Positions 1 to 9,600 of a DNA stretch of 64,000 nucleotides are shown here, piece by piece. The notes beneath the pieces are model-generated. The model saw only the letters and a program-made list of their open reading frames with translations. It did not search any database and was not told the origin of the DNA. How positions within the stretch are numbered: position 1 is the first letter of the stretch; every line of letters starts with the position of its first letter. Location: positions 1,915 to 65,914 of the forward strand of contig CADECP010000038.1 in the NCBI GenBank assembly GCA_902825875.1, read 5' to 3'. Source of the DNA: an uncultured Acidobacteriota bacterium. GTDB taxonomy: Bacteria; Acidobacteriota; Blastocatellia; RBC074. The position numbers and the translations under genes were made by a program.

Positions 1-269
<269 letters not shown>

Positions 270-365
270 ATAACAAAACTTGTTGGCAGGAAAATGGGGG
301 CAGAAAAATAATATCTGGCGATTGAGGTCTTATTTTTTCTGCCCACATCTTTCTGCCAGCATTGG

Positions 366-1427
366 TTGCTTATGATTAAGCCCACTTACGAAGGCGATTT
401 TCTGTTCGCCACCAATCAACCTTTCCAACTTGTGTCTGGGAAATCGTTGCAGCCAGTTGCATTGCATTACGCGACGTATGGAACGCTGAACGAGCGTCGA
501 GACAATGCGATTTTGGTTTGCCACGCTTTGAGCGGTTCGGCTCGCGCGACGGATTGGTGGGCGCAGTTGTTTCAATCGCCTGAAAATCCCGAAGGCGTTT
601 TCGATTTGGAACGCGACTTTGTCGTGTGCTCGAATTTGATCGGTTCGTGTTACGGCTCGACGGGGCCAGCGGCGATCAACCCGGCAACTGGCCGAGCGTT
701 CGGCGCAGATTTCCCGCTGGTGACTGTGCGCGATTGGGTGCGTACGCAAGCCTTGCTGCTGGATCATTTGGGAATTGAAACTTTGTGCACGGTGATTGGA
801 GCTTCGATTGGCGGGATGCAGGCGATTCAATGGGCGATTGAATTTCCGCACCGCGTCGCGCGATGCGTCGCCATCGGAGCGGCTCCGCTGACGGCGATGG
901 GTTTGGCGCTGAACCATTTGCAACGGCAGGCAATTTTCAATGATGCGGTAACAGGATTGGCGACTGCACGCGCCATTGCCATGCTGTCTTATAAGTCCGC
1001 CGAGTTGTTCGACGAACGTTACGCTCGCCGACCGAATCGCAACGGCGAAGACCCTATGCGTTCGTTGGCGGAACGCTACGACATTGCCGGATACCTGGAT
1101 TATCAGGGCGAAATTTTCACGCAGCGGTTCGATCCGAATTCATATCTGGTCATCACCAAAGCGATGGACAATTTTCACCCAGCCAACGGTTATGAATCCG
1201 AAACGGCGGCGCTGGCTCGCATTCAGGCAAAAATGTTGATGATTGGAATTTCGTCGGATTGGCTGTTTCCTCCCGGCGAAGTAAAAGCTCTGACCGAGCG
1301 CATGCAAGCCGCCGGAGTGAATGCTGAATACGCCGAGATTACCTCCGATCACGGACACGACGGTTTTCTGGCGGAACCGCATTCGTTGTTGCCGTTGATT
1401 CGCCAATTTTGGAGCGCTGCGGCTTGA
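366..1427 (+). CDS. metX: Homoserine O-acetyltransferase (alpha/beta hydrolase).
   Basis: The N-terminal VALHYATYGTLN...NAILVCHALSG...WW pattern is typical of MetXA. It is 353 aa and lies next to a sulfhydrylase-like gene. Confidence 0.85.
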   Translation: MLMIKPTYEGDFLFATNQPFQLVSGKSLQPVALHYATYGTLNERRDNAILVCHALSGSARATDWWAQLFQSPENPEGVFDLERDFVVCSNLIGSCYGSTGPAAINPATGRAFGADFPLVTVRDWVRTQALLLDHLGIETLCTVIGASIGGMQAIQWAIEFPHRVARCVAIGAAPLTAMGLALNHLQRQAIFNDAVTGLATARAIAMLSYKSAELFDERYARRPNRNGEDPMRSLAERYDIAGYLDYQGEIFTQRFDPNSYLVITKAMDNFHPANGYESETAALARIQAKMLMIGISSDWLFPPGEVKALTERMQAAGVNAEYAEITSDHGHDGFLAEPHSLLPLIRQFWSAAA

Positions 1428-1515
1428 CGCAGCTTTGCTTTCGCCAGTCGCAAAACTGGTTGGCGGCGATCTTTTCAGTTCAGAACGAAAAGCGGTGTCA
1501 AGCCACCGCACTCCA
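1428..1515. repeat. REP-like intergenic repeat, family B, copy 1 (GAACGAAAAGCGGTGnCAnGCCAC-GCACTCCA core).
   Basis: It shares about 35 nt of near-identity plus a GCGCAGCTTTG head with the element at 17113-17235. Both copies start immediately after a plus-strand stop codon. Confidence 0.55.
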
Positions 1516-1517
1516 CA

Positions 1518-2504
1518 TTGTTTATGCAATTGCCCGTCACGCTTCGCAGCGCCATCGAACAGGAACTTTCAGCCGTCAGCTTTAGCACGCTGACGGCCGC
1601 AGCCAACGAACTTTCTGACCGATACCGACAGCAGAAAAAATCCGATAGATTCATGACCACTGCTGAACATCGGCTGGCTTATCTGGCCGTACGCATGCCT
1701 GCGACTTTTGCTGCGGTCAGCAAAGCGTTGTCGCAACTCAACGAAGAATTTTCGCCGGAAAGCCTGTTGGATTTGGGAGCGGGAACTGGATCGGCGTCGT
1801 GGGCTGCAACAGGCAGGTTTGATTCGTTGCGGCGAATCACGTTGGTCGAGCAGGATCGCGGTTTGATCGAACTGGGTCGCCGACTGGCGGAACAATCCGA
1901 AACCTTGCGAATGGCCAATTGGCAAGCGGCGAATTTGCGAACGCTGGCGGAATTCGACGCCCACGATCTGGTGATTTGTTCGTATTCGTTCGGCGAAATT
2001 GAAGCGGGGGCGGCTGGCAAGATTCTCAACGCCGCTTGGCGAGCGACGAAACAGGTTTTGCTGATTGTCGAACCGGGAACGACGAAAGGCTTTGCGACTG
2101 TTCGATCCGCGCGGGAGCAATTGATCGAAGCCGGAGCTTTTCTCGTTGCGCCTTGTCCGCATCAGGCTGCCTGCCCGATGCCGCCAATGGGGGAGGATGA
2201 AACCGACTGGTGCCATTTTGCGGCGCGGTTTGATCGCACTTCGTTGCATCGGCGATTGAAAAGCGGATCGTTGGGGTACGAAGACGAAAAGTTTTCTTAT
2301 GTCGCAGTTGCCAAACACCCTGTCACGCCCGCAACCGCGCGAGTTCTGCGCCATCCGCTGCGTCAACCGGGAGTCATTCAGCTTCAACTCTGCACGCCGG
2401 ACGGATTGCAAACTGTCAAAATCAGCAAACGCGACAAGGAAGTCTGGAAGCGCGCGCGCAAAGTTGATTGGGGCGATGAACTGGTTCAGAACCGGGAGCG
2501 GTAG
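1518..2504 (+). CDS. SAM-dependent methyltransferase, Rsm22-like (COG5459 type).
   Basis: It has a LGAGTGS SAM-binding motif followed by a Cys-rich CPHQAACPM region typical of the Rsm22 family. Length is 328 aa. Confidence 0.5.
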   Translation: MFMQLPVTLRSAIEQELSAVSFSTLTAAANELSDRYRQQKKSDRFMTTAEHRLAYLAVRMPATFAAVSKALSQLNEEFSPESLLDLGAGTGSASWAATGRFDSLRRITLVEQDRGLIELGRRLAEQSETLRMANWQAANLRTLAEFDAHDLVICSYSFGEIEAGAAGKILNAAWRATKQVLLIVEPGTTKGFATVRSAREQLIEAGAFLVAPCPHQAACPMPPMGEDETDWCHFAARFDRTSLHRRLKSGSLGYEDEKFSYVAVAKHPVTPATARVLRHPLRQPGVIQLQLCTPDGLQTVKISKRDKEVWKRARKVDWGDELVQNRER

Positions 2505-2562
2505 CGACCGGGTTAGCCAAAATTGGCTAGCCAGTCGCTACCGCTCCTGGTTTCGTACCGTT
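2486..2562. repeat. REP-like palindromic repeat, family A, copy 1 (AACCGGGAGCGGTAGCGACCGG ... CGGTCGCTACCGCTCCNGGTT).
   Basis: This is a long inverted repeat that overlaps the stop codon of the methyltransferase gene. The same element occurs at 4086-4176 and 43231-43378. Confidence 0.6.
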
Positions 2563-2591
2563 AGAATCGCCAGCCCAGAAGGAGAATTCCA

Positions 2592-4082
2592 ATGATTGAA
2601 CTTGATGGCCAGTCGTTGTCGCTGGCCCAAACGGAAGCCGTTGCCAATGGCGAACCGGTTTCACTTTCTGCCGAATCGCGCAGGCGGATGGAGGCTTCGC
2701 GCCATTTTGTTGAACAGATCATCGCGCGCGGCGATGTTGTTTACGGCATCAACACTGGTTTTGGTGCTTTGTCGGAAGTCACTATTCCCAACGATCAACT
2801 CCGCGAATTGCAGATCAACCTGGTTCGTTCGCACTCCTGTGGCGTAGGCGATCCGCTGCCAGAAGACGTTTCGCGCGCGATGTTGCTGCATCGCGCCAAC
2901 GTGCTGGCCAAAGGCTTTTCCGGCTGTCGCCCGTTGATTGTCGAAACGCTGGTTGCGATGTTGAACAACGGAGTTCATCCGGTGATTCCGGCCAAAGGTT
3001 CGGTTGGCGCTTCGGGCGATTTGGCTCCGCTGGCGCACCAGGCGTTGGTTGTCATTGGCGAAGGCGAAGCGTTTTATCGCGGCGAACGAATGCCGGGAGG
3101 TGACGCCATGCGCCGAGCCGGTGTTGAACCGTTGCAGCTTGAAGCCAAAGAAGGTTTGGCTTTGCTCAACGGCACGCAAGCGATGACGGCGACTGGCGGT
3201 TTGGCGCTGGTTGATGCCTGGAAGCTGGCCAACGCCGCCGATGTGATTGGCGCAATGACTTTGGAAGCATTGCGCGGAACTCCGGTCGCATTCGACGAAA
3301 AGATTCATGCCGTGCGACCTCACGCTGGTCAGCGAGAAAGCGCGCGGCGGTTGCGCGAATTGATCGAACACAGCGAAATCCGCGAATCGCACCGCGACAA
3401 AATCGGCGATCCGCGTGTGCAGGATGCTTATGCGCTGCGTTGCATGCCGCAAGTTCACGGAGCCGTCCGCGACGCTTTGACTCACGCGCGGCAAATTGTC
3501 GAAGTTGAAATCAATTCGGCGACAGACAATCCACTTGTTTTCGCAGAAGCCGGAGAAGTGTTATCCGGCGGCAATTTTCACGGCGAACCGGTTTCGCTGG
3601 CTTACGATTACGCGGCTGTGGCGGTGGCGGACTTGGCTACGATTTCCGAACGCCGCGTTGAACGATTGGTGAATCCTTCGTTGTCGGGTTTGCCAGCGTT
3701 TTTGTCGCCGCAGCCGGGAACGAATTCGGGCTTGATGATCGCGCAAGTCACTGCGGCGGCGTTGATCGCCGAAAATAATGTGCTGGCGCATCCGGCTTCG
3801 GTGTTCACGCTGCCGACTTCGGCGAACAAAGAAGATCACGTTTCTATGGGAATGACGGCGGCTCTGAAGCTGGCGCAGATTGTCCGCAACGTCGAAATTG
3901 TGTTGGCTATTGAATTGCTCTGCGCGGCGCAGGGCTTGGAGTTTTTGAAGCCGTTGAAACCGGGAGCGAAACTTGCTGCCGTATATCACAGAGTCCGCGA
4001 ACGGGTTCCGGCGCTGGAACGCGACGCGCAATTGTCAGGGTATATCGAATCGCTCGTACCGCTGGTGCGCGAGCTTGGATGA
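2592..4082 (+). CDS. hutH: Histidine ammonia-lyase (aromatic amino-acid ammonia-lyase family, MIO cofactor).
   Basis: The SVGASGDLAPLAH motif carries the Ala-Ser-Gly MIO-forming triad. The protein is 496 aa and an AAGGAG ribosome-binding site precedes the ATG. Confidence 0.8.
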   Translation: MIELDGQSLSLAQTEAVANGEPVSLSAESRRRMEASRHFVEQIIARGDVVYGINTGFGALSEVTIPNDQLRELQINLVRSHSCGVGDPLPEDVSRAMLLHRANVLAKGFSGCRPLIVETLVAMLNNGVHPVIPAKGSVGASGDLAPLAHQALVVIGEGEAFYRGERMPGGDAMRRAGVEPLQLEAKEGLALLNGTQAMTATGGLALVDAWKLANAADVIGAMTLEALRGTPVAFDEKIHAVRPHAGQRESARRLRELIEHSEIRESHRDKIGDPRVQDAYALRCMPQVHGAVRDALTHARQIVEVEINSATDNPLVFAEAGEVLSGGNFHGEPVSLAYDYAAVAVADLATISERRVERLVNPSLSGLPAFLSPQPGTNSGLMIAQVTAAALIAENNVLAHPASVFTLPTSANKEDHVSMGMTAALKLAQIVRNVEIVLAIELLCAAQGLEFLKPLKPGAKLAAVYHRVRERVPALERDAQLSGYIESLVPLVRELG

Positions 4083-4085
4083 TGG

Positions 4086-4176
4086 TGCGGAACCGGGAGC
4101 AGTAGCGACCGGGTGCTTGCTGATGAGCACACCTTACAAGTCCACTCGGTCGCTACTGCTCCCAGTTCCGTACCGA
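4086..4176. repeat. REP-like palindromic repeat, family A, copy 2.
   Basis: GGAACCGGGAGCAGTAGCGACCGGG ... CGGTCGCTACTGCTCCCAGTTCCGTACCG forms a hairpin of roughly 25 bp directly after the hutH stop. Confidence 0.6.
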
Positions 4177-4189
4177 TGCTGTTAAATCA

Positions 4190-6583
4190 ATGCGATCAAT
4201 CAAACAGATTGTCTGCCTTGTAACGCTCGGCTTGTTGTTGTCGGGCCTGAGTGCTGCTTCGCAACAATCGGCTGAGCAGTTGCTGCGTCAGGCGCGCGCC
4301 GAATTCGATCAACGCAAGTTTGCCGAAGCTGCTGCTACGGCTCGGCGTGCGCATGAAGCCGACCCGAAATTGGCCGAAGCTTGGAAACTCGGTGGCTTGT
4401 CGTTGCAACTCATTCAAAGTTACGAACAGGCTGAGCACGAATTTGAAGACGCGCTGAAGCTGTTTCCCAACGACTCCGATCTGTGGTTTTACCTGGCGCG
4501 CGTACAGTTTCTGCAGTCGTCGCTGACGAAATCCGCTGCTTCGGCTCGGCGCGCGATTGAACTGGCAAGTGATTCAGTTGACGCGCTCACGCAACTGGCG
4601 ATGACGCTGGATGCGCTGAACGATTCCGAAACCTCGCTGGCTCATTACCGCCGCGCGCTGGAACTTTGTCGGCAGCAAAAACGAATCCAGCCGGTCACAT
4701 TTCTTTACGCCAGCCAATTGCTCATCAAGGTTGGCCAATTCGCCGAAGCCGTTTCCGCATTGTCTGAACTCATCGCAACCAATCCGAAATCCGGTCAGCC
4801 GTATTTTCTGCGCGGCTCGGCTTACGAAAAGCTTGGCAAGCTGGCCGAAGCCGAAAAGGATTATCGGCAATCAGCCGCGATTGATGGCAACGCAATGGCT
4901 CAGGCTGCGCTTGCTCGGTTGAAAGCAGGAGTCGCTGTGACGGCGGGAAAGAGAGATGAGGGGACGGAGGGACGGGGAGACGGGGTGAAGTTCAAAGATG
5001 CGGCGGCGCAGAGTGGGTTGAGCTTTACGTTGCGGAATTCGGCTTCGGCGCGAAAGTATCAGGTTGAAACGATGACCGGCGGCGTGGCGGTTTTGGATTT
5101 CGATGGTGATGGCTGGGAAGACATTTACTTCGTCAACGGCGCGGAATTGCCCGCGATGAAAAAGTCTTCGCCGCAGTTTTGGAATCGGCTTTTCCGCAAC
5201 AATCAAAAAGCCGGGCGGCAAGGCGGCTTTGTGGATGTGACTGAAAAAGCCGGAGTCGCGGGAGAAGGCTTTTCGATGGGCGCTGCCGTAGCCGATTACG
5301 ACAATGACGGCGATGCAGACATCTTTGTCGCCGGAGTTCATCACAACATTCTCTATCGCAACGACGGCGGACGATTCAGCGATGTCACAGCCAAAGCCGG
5401 ATTGACGAACGCAAAACTCTGGTCGGTAGCTGCGGCGTGGTTTGATTACGACAACGACGGCGACCTGGACTTGTTCGTCGCCAATTACTGCAAATGGCAC
5501 GCTGACGCCGATCCTTACTGCGGCGCTCAGAAAGAAGGCTGGCGGACTTACTGCTTCCCGGACAAATACGAAGGCTTGCCGAATCAGCTTTTCCGAAATA
5601 ATGGCGACGGCAGTTTCACTGACGTTTCCGCCGCGAGCGGCATCGGCAAACATATCGGCAAAGGAATGGGCGTGACCATCGCCGATTACGACGAAGACGG
5701 ATTGATGGATGTGTTTGTCGCCAACGACACACTGCCGAACTTTTTGTTTCGCAATTTGGGCGGCGGTAAGTTTGAGGAAATCGCTTTACAGGCAGGTGTG
5801 GCGGTCAATGAAAGCGGGCGTCCGGTGTCGAGCATGGGCGTGGACTTCAAGGATTACGACAACGACGGGCGGCCTGATTTGATTTTCTCTGCGTTGGAAG
5901 GCGAAACCTTTCCGCTGTTTCGCAATCTGGGCAAAGGATTTTTCGGCGATGTGACCTGGTCAAGCGGCGTAGGCGCGGCGACAGTCAAACGCAGCGGCTG
6001 GAGCCTGGGGCTGTTCGATTTCAACAATGACGGCTGGAAAGACCTCTTCACAGCCAATGCTCACGTCAACGACAACATCGAACTTTACAACGAACAAACT
6101 TACCGCCAATCGAACAGCTTGTTGATGAATCTGGGCAACGGAAATTTCCGAGACGTGACGGCTTCAGTCGGCACGGAGTTTCAAACTCGTCGAGCGCATC
6201 GCGGAGCGGCGTTTGGCGATTTTGACAACGACGGGCGAATGGATGTGGTGACGGCTTCGCTGAACGAAGCGGCAGAGCTTTGGCACAACGAATCTTCGGG
6301 GGAAAGTCATTGGCTGAAATTGAAGCTGATCGGCACGCGCAGCAACCGCGACGGCATAGGCGCAAAAATCAAACTAACGACTGCCGACGGCAAGACGCAA
6401 TTCAATCACGTGACGACCAGCGTCGGATACGCTTCATCCAGCAGCCGGATTGTTCACTTCGGCTTGGGGAAAGAGAGTTCGGTGAAGCTGATTGAAATCC
6501 GCTGGCCGAGCGGAATTGTTCAGGTTTTGCGTGATGTGAAATCAATCCAGCTTCTTGAAATCAAAGAACCTTCCACGAAGTAA
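4190..6583 (+). CDS. Secreted CRTAC1-family protein with N-terminal TPR repeats, FG-GAP/VCBS-like repeats and an ASPIC/UnbV-like C-terminus.
   Basis: A signal peptide is followed by TPR-like helices and repeated DxDGDGxxD calcium-binding-type loops (FDGDGWEDIYFVNG, YDNDGDADIFVAG, YDNDGDLDLFVAN). The C-terminal IRWPSG region resembles the ASPIC/UnbV domain. Confidence 0.7.
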   Translation: MRSIKQIVCLVTLGLLLSGLSAASQQSAEQLLRQARAEFDQRKFAEAAATARRAHEADPKLAEAWKLGGLSLQLIQSYEQAEHEFEDALKLFPNDSDLWFYLARVQFLQSSLTKSAASARRAIELASDSVDALTQLAMTLDALNDSETSLAHYRRALELCRQQKRIQPVTFLYASQLLIKVGQFAEAVSALSELIATNPKSGQPYFLRGSAYEKLGKLAEAEKDYRQSAAIDGNAMAQAALARLKAGVAVTAGKRDEGTEGRGDGVKFKDAAAQSGLSFTLRNSASARKYQVETMTGGVAVLDFDGDGWEDIYFVNGAELPAMKKSSPQFWNRLFRNNQKAGRQGGFVDVTEKAGVAGEGFSMGAAVADYDNDGDADIFVAGVHHNILYRNDGGRFSDVTAKAGLTNAKLWSVAAAWFDYDNDGDLDLFVANYCKWHADADPYCGAQKEGWRTYCFPDKYEGLPNQLFRNNGDGSFTDVSAASGIGKHIGKGMGVTIADYDEDGLMDVFVANDTLPNFLFRNLGGGKFEEIALQAGVAVNESGRPVSSMGVDFKDYDNDGRPDLIFSALEGETFPLFRNLGKGFFGDVTWSSGVGAATVKRSGWSLGLFDFNNDGWKDLFTANAHVNDNIELYNEQTYRQSNSLLMNLGNGNFRDVTASVGTEFQTRRAHRGAAFGDFDNDGRMDVVTASLNEAAELWHNESSGESHWLKLKLIGTRSNRDGIGAKIKLTTADGKTQFNHVTTSVGYASSSSRIVHFGLGKESSVKLIEIRWPSGIVQVLRDVKSIQLLEIKEPSTK

Positions 6584-6589
6584 CACGAA

Positions 6590-6628
6590 GGGGGCACGAA
6601 GAAATCTTGTTGAATCTTCGTGCCCCCC
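6590..6628. terminator. Bidirectional rho-independent terminator hairpin between two convergent genes.
   Basis: GGGGGCACGAAGAAATCTTGTTGAATCTTCGTGCCCCC forms a perfect 13-bp stem flanked by T/A runs. It sits between the CRTAC1 stop at 6583 and the TonB-receptor stop at 6655. Confidence 0.6.
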
Positions 6629-6654
6629 TTTTGTGTGCCTCGTGAAAAAGCCAG

Positions 6655-9600
6655 TTAGAAGATGATCTTTCCGGCCAATTGAATGTGGCGCGGATATGCC
6701 ACTTGCGTGTTGCCCGCGTTGCGCGGGAACAGGCTGCCGAAATTGCGATCATCCGGGTTGTTGGTGAAGTGTTGCACTCCGTACGAGTAGGTGTTCGTGA
6801 AGTTGAACATCTCGACGCGGAACTGGAAGCCGATCTTTTCCGTGATCTTCGTCATCTTGTTGAATGACAAATCGGCGCTCGGCGGCGAATGCAACCGAAC
6901 GGTTGAGCTGCGGAACGACGTGAAGCGCGGCGCGAAATTCGGCACACGAATCATGTCCACGTTCGCCAGCGAACAGCCTTCCAGATTGGCGCTGAAGCTT
7001 TGCAATGCCAGCGTTCCGTTATCGAGCATGCGCGCCGCACACACCGAACGAACAGCAGGATTATTCCGATCCGCGTAAGTGCGGAAAGCCCAAACCTGAT
7101 CCGCGCCTTTCCAGTCAATGTTCTTCAGATAAGCATCCGGGTTGATCCACTGAATGTTTCCGTTCAAATCCCACGGACGGCCTGATTGCCATTGCATAAT
7201 CAGGCTGGATTGCCAGCCGCTGAAGATTTTGCTCAGGAATCCGTTTTTGAAGTTCAGGAGTTTCTGACCTTCGCCGAACGGCAATTGATAAACCGCGCCC
7301 ACCGTAAACCTGTGCGGACGGTCGGCCAGATACAACCCGCGTTGTTTGATGCCTCGCTGCAAATCGTTGAATCCCCATTCTTCGATTTGCTTGGAGAAGG
7401 TATAGGTTGAGGTAATGTTCAACCCACGAGTGGCGCGTTTTTCAAACGTCACCTGCAAGGAGTTGTAATCAATGCGTCCATCGTTGCGCGTGACTTCGGT
7501 GATGCCGCCGAAATGCGGATACGGACGCGCCAGGTTGAAGCGAGACAAGCCCGTCGCCGTGAAGTGATTGGTTCCGGCAAACGGAGCCAATCCGCGGAAC
7601 GGATTCGGCAGTTGCTCATTGCAGAACACCGGATTGCCGCCTTCCAGCGGATTGCATTTTTGGCGGAACGCCAGGTCGGGTTCGTTGAATGGGCGAGTGG
7701 TTTGCAGCTTCAACGTGCGGTTGCCGACGTAGGAAATTTCCAGCTTAGATTCCCAAGGCAGTTGATACTGGAAGCCCAGCGAAAACTGGTGAACGTAAGG
7801 AACCTGGAACTGCGGATTGACGAAGTTGAATCCACGTCCGAGGAAGGTTGATGCTCCCCCAGCCGCTCCAGCCGGAACCGTGATGCCGGTTGGGAACGGA
7901 TTGCTCAGGATGTCTCCGATTGGCGTTCGCCCGCCATCGTTCGAGTTAATGACCGGTGTGGTGATCTGGAAGCCGTTGAATTGCAGGTAATCGTTGTTGG
8001 GATTGACAAAATACAATCCCCAGCCGCCACGCATCACCAACTTGTCTTTGAGCAAGTAAGCGAAACCGAGTCGCGGCTGAATGTTGTTCCAGTCAACGTC
8101 CGCCGCAGTGCGCGGAATGTCGCCGACGCCAGCGAAGTTCAATCCGCCTTTCAATTGCGGCAAATTCGGGAACTGCGTTCGATTGACCAGCGAGTTGGCT
8201 GGATTGGTGATGTTCGCGTCGAATCCGCGATTCAGACGGTCATACCGTTCGTTAGGCGCAACGTTGACATCCCAACGAAGTCCCAAATTGATCGTCAGCC
8301 GGCGGTTAAACTTCCAATCGTTCTGGAACCACGGCGCGTAATACTTGCCAAGCGTCGTCGGGAAGAGGTTGTAATCCGATTGGCCGCCGACATAACCCAG
8401 CAAGAACGAAGCGATGGAATCGCCGGTGTTCGGGTCGCCCTGATCGAAACGCGATTGCGTGAAGCCGCGCGTTCCGGTCAGCAGGAACGGGCTGCCTTCG
8501 TTGCGTGTGATGAACTGCGTCCAGCGCATGTCCACGCCCGCGCGCCAGGTTTGCGATCCGCGAATCCATGTGATGTTCGGATGCGAGGCAATGGTGTTGG
8601 TGATGTTGTTGCCGCGGAATCTGCCCAGCGCGTTGTAATCGGCAAAGGTGTAGCGCCCGAAAGACGTGATGCCGGGAACCTGACTGACCAGGCTTGGTGA
8701 GAAGCCAAGCGTCGTTTTGTCGAAACCGACGTTGCCTTCGCCAAATCCGTCTTCGATGAAGCGGTTGAAGGAGGCGCGGAAGTTGAAGATGAACGTTGGC
8801 GAAAACGTCGCCAAGTGATCAACCACAAACGCGTCGTTGATACGTTTGAACGGTTGTTGACCATCTTGCCCGGGGCCGCTGAACACGCCGTTGACGTTGC
8901 GGTCTTCCGTGCGGTCGTTCTGGGCGAAGCGGACGTACATCCGATGCCTCTCATTGAATTGCTGGTCAATTTTGAAGACATAGTTGAAGAAAGCATCTGT
9001 TGCCGGAATTGGCAGGAAAAGATTGCTGCGAGCATATCCCGCCACCGGGTCGCTGCGATTGGCTTTCGGTTGAAAACCGAGAATCTTTTTCGCAATCGGA
9101 TTGATGCGGCTTGCGGGAATTTTGTTACCCGGGAACGGATCGCGCCGCCATCCACCCGGTGCTGTCGAATCAGCACGACCGGTCAACGGATCGTAAATGA
9201 TGATCGGGCGTCCGGCTCCATCAACCAACTTGCTGAAATCGCCGTCCAGCATTTCCGGCATTGGCACGGACAAAGCAAGCGGCGAAGGAACGCCTTCGCG
9301 GTAACCTTCATAGTTGAACATAAAGAAGGTCTTGTCTTTGCCGTTGTACAGCCAGGGGATGTAAACGGGTCCTTCGACCATGAATCCGTATTGGTCGAGC
9401 CAGTGCTTTGGCCTTGGGCGATTGGTGGCATTGAGCCGAAAGTCGTTGGCATCCAGCCATTCGCGGCGCATGAATTCATAGACCGAACCGTGCAAAGCGT
9501 TGGTTCCGCTCTTCAAGTTGACGTTGATGATGCCGCCGGTAGTTTTGCCGTACTGGGCGTCATAGGTGTTCGTCATGATCTTGAAATCCTGCACCGAATC

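Noticed and set aside
4120-4150. Hammerhead-ribozyme-like CUGAUGAG strings in the loops of family-A REP copies. A second case is at 43293.
   Set aside because: Only the CUGAUGA box is present. There is no matching GAAA/stem III arrangement or UH cleavage site in the correct geometry. The string is more parsimoniously explained as loop sequence of a REP hairpin.
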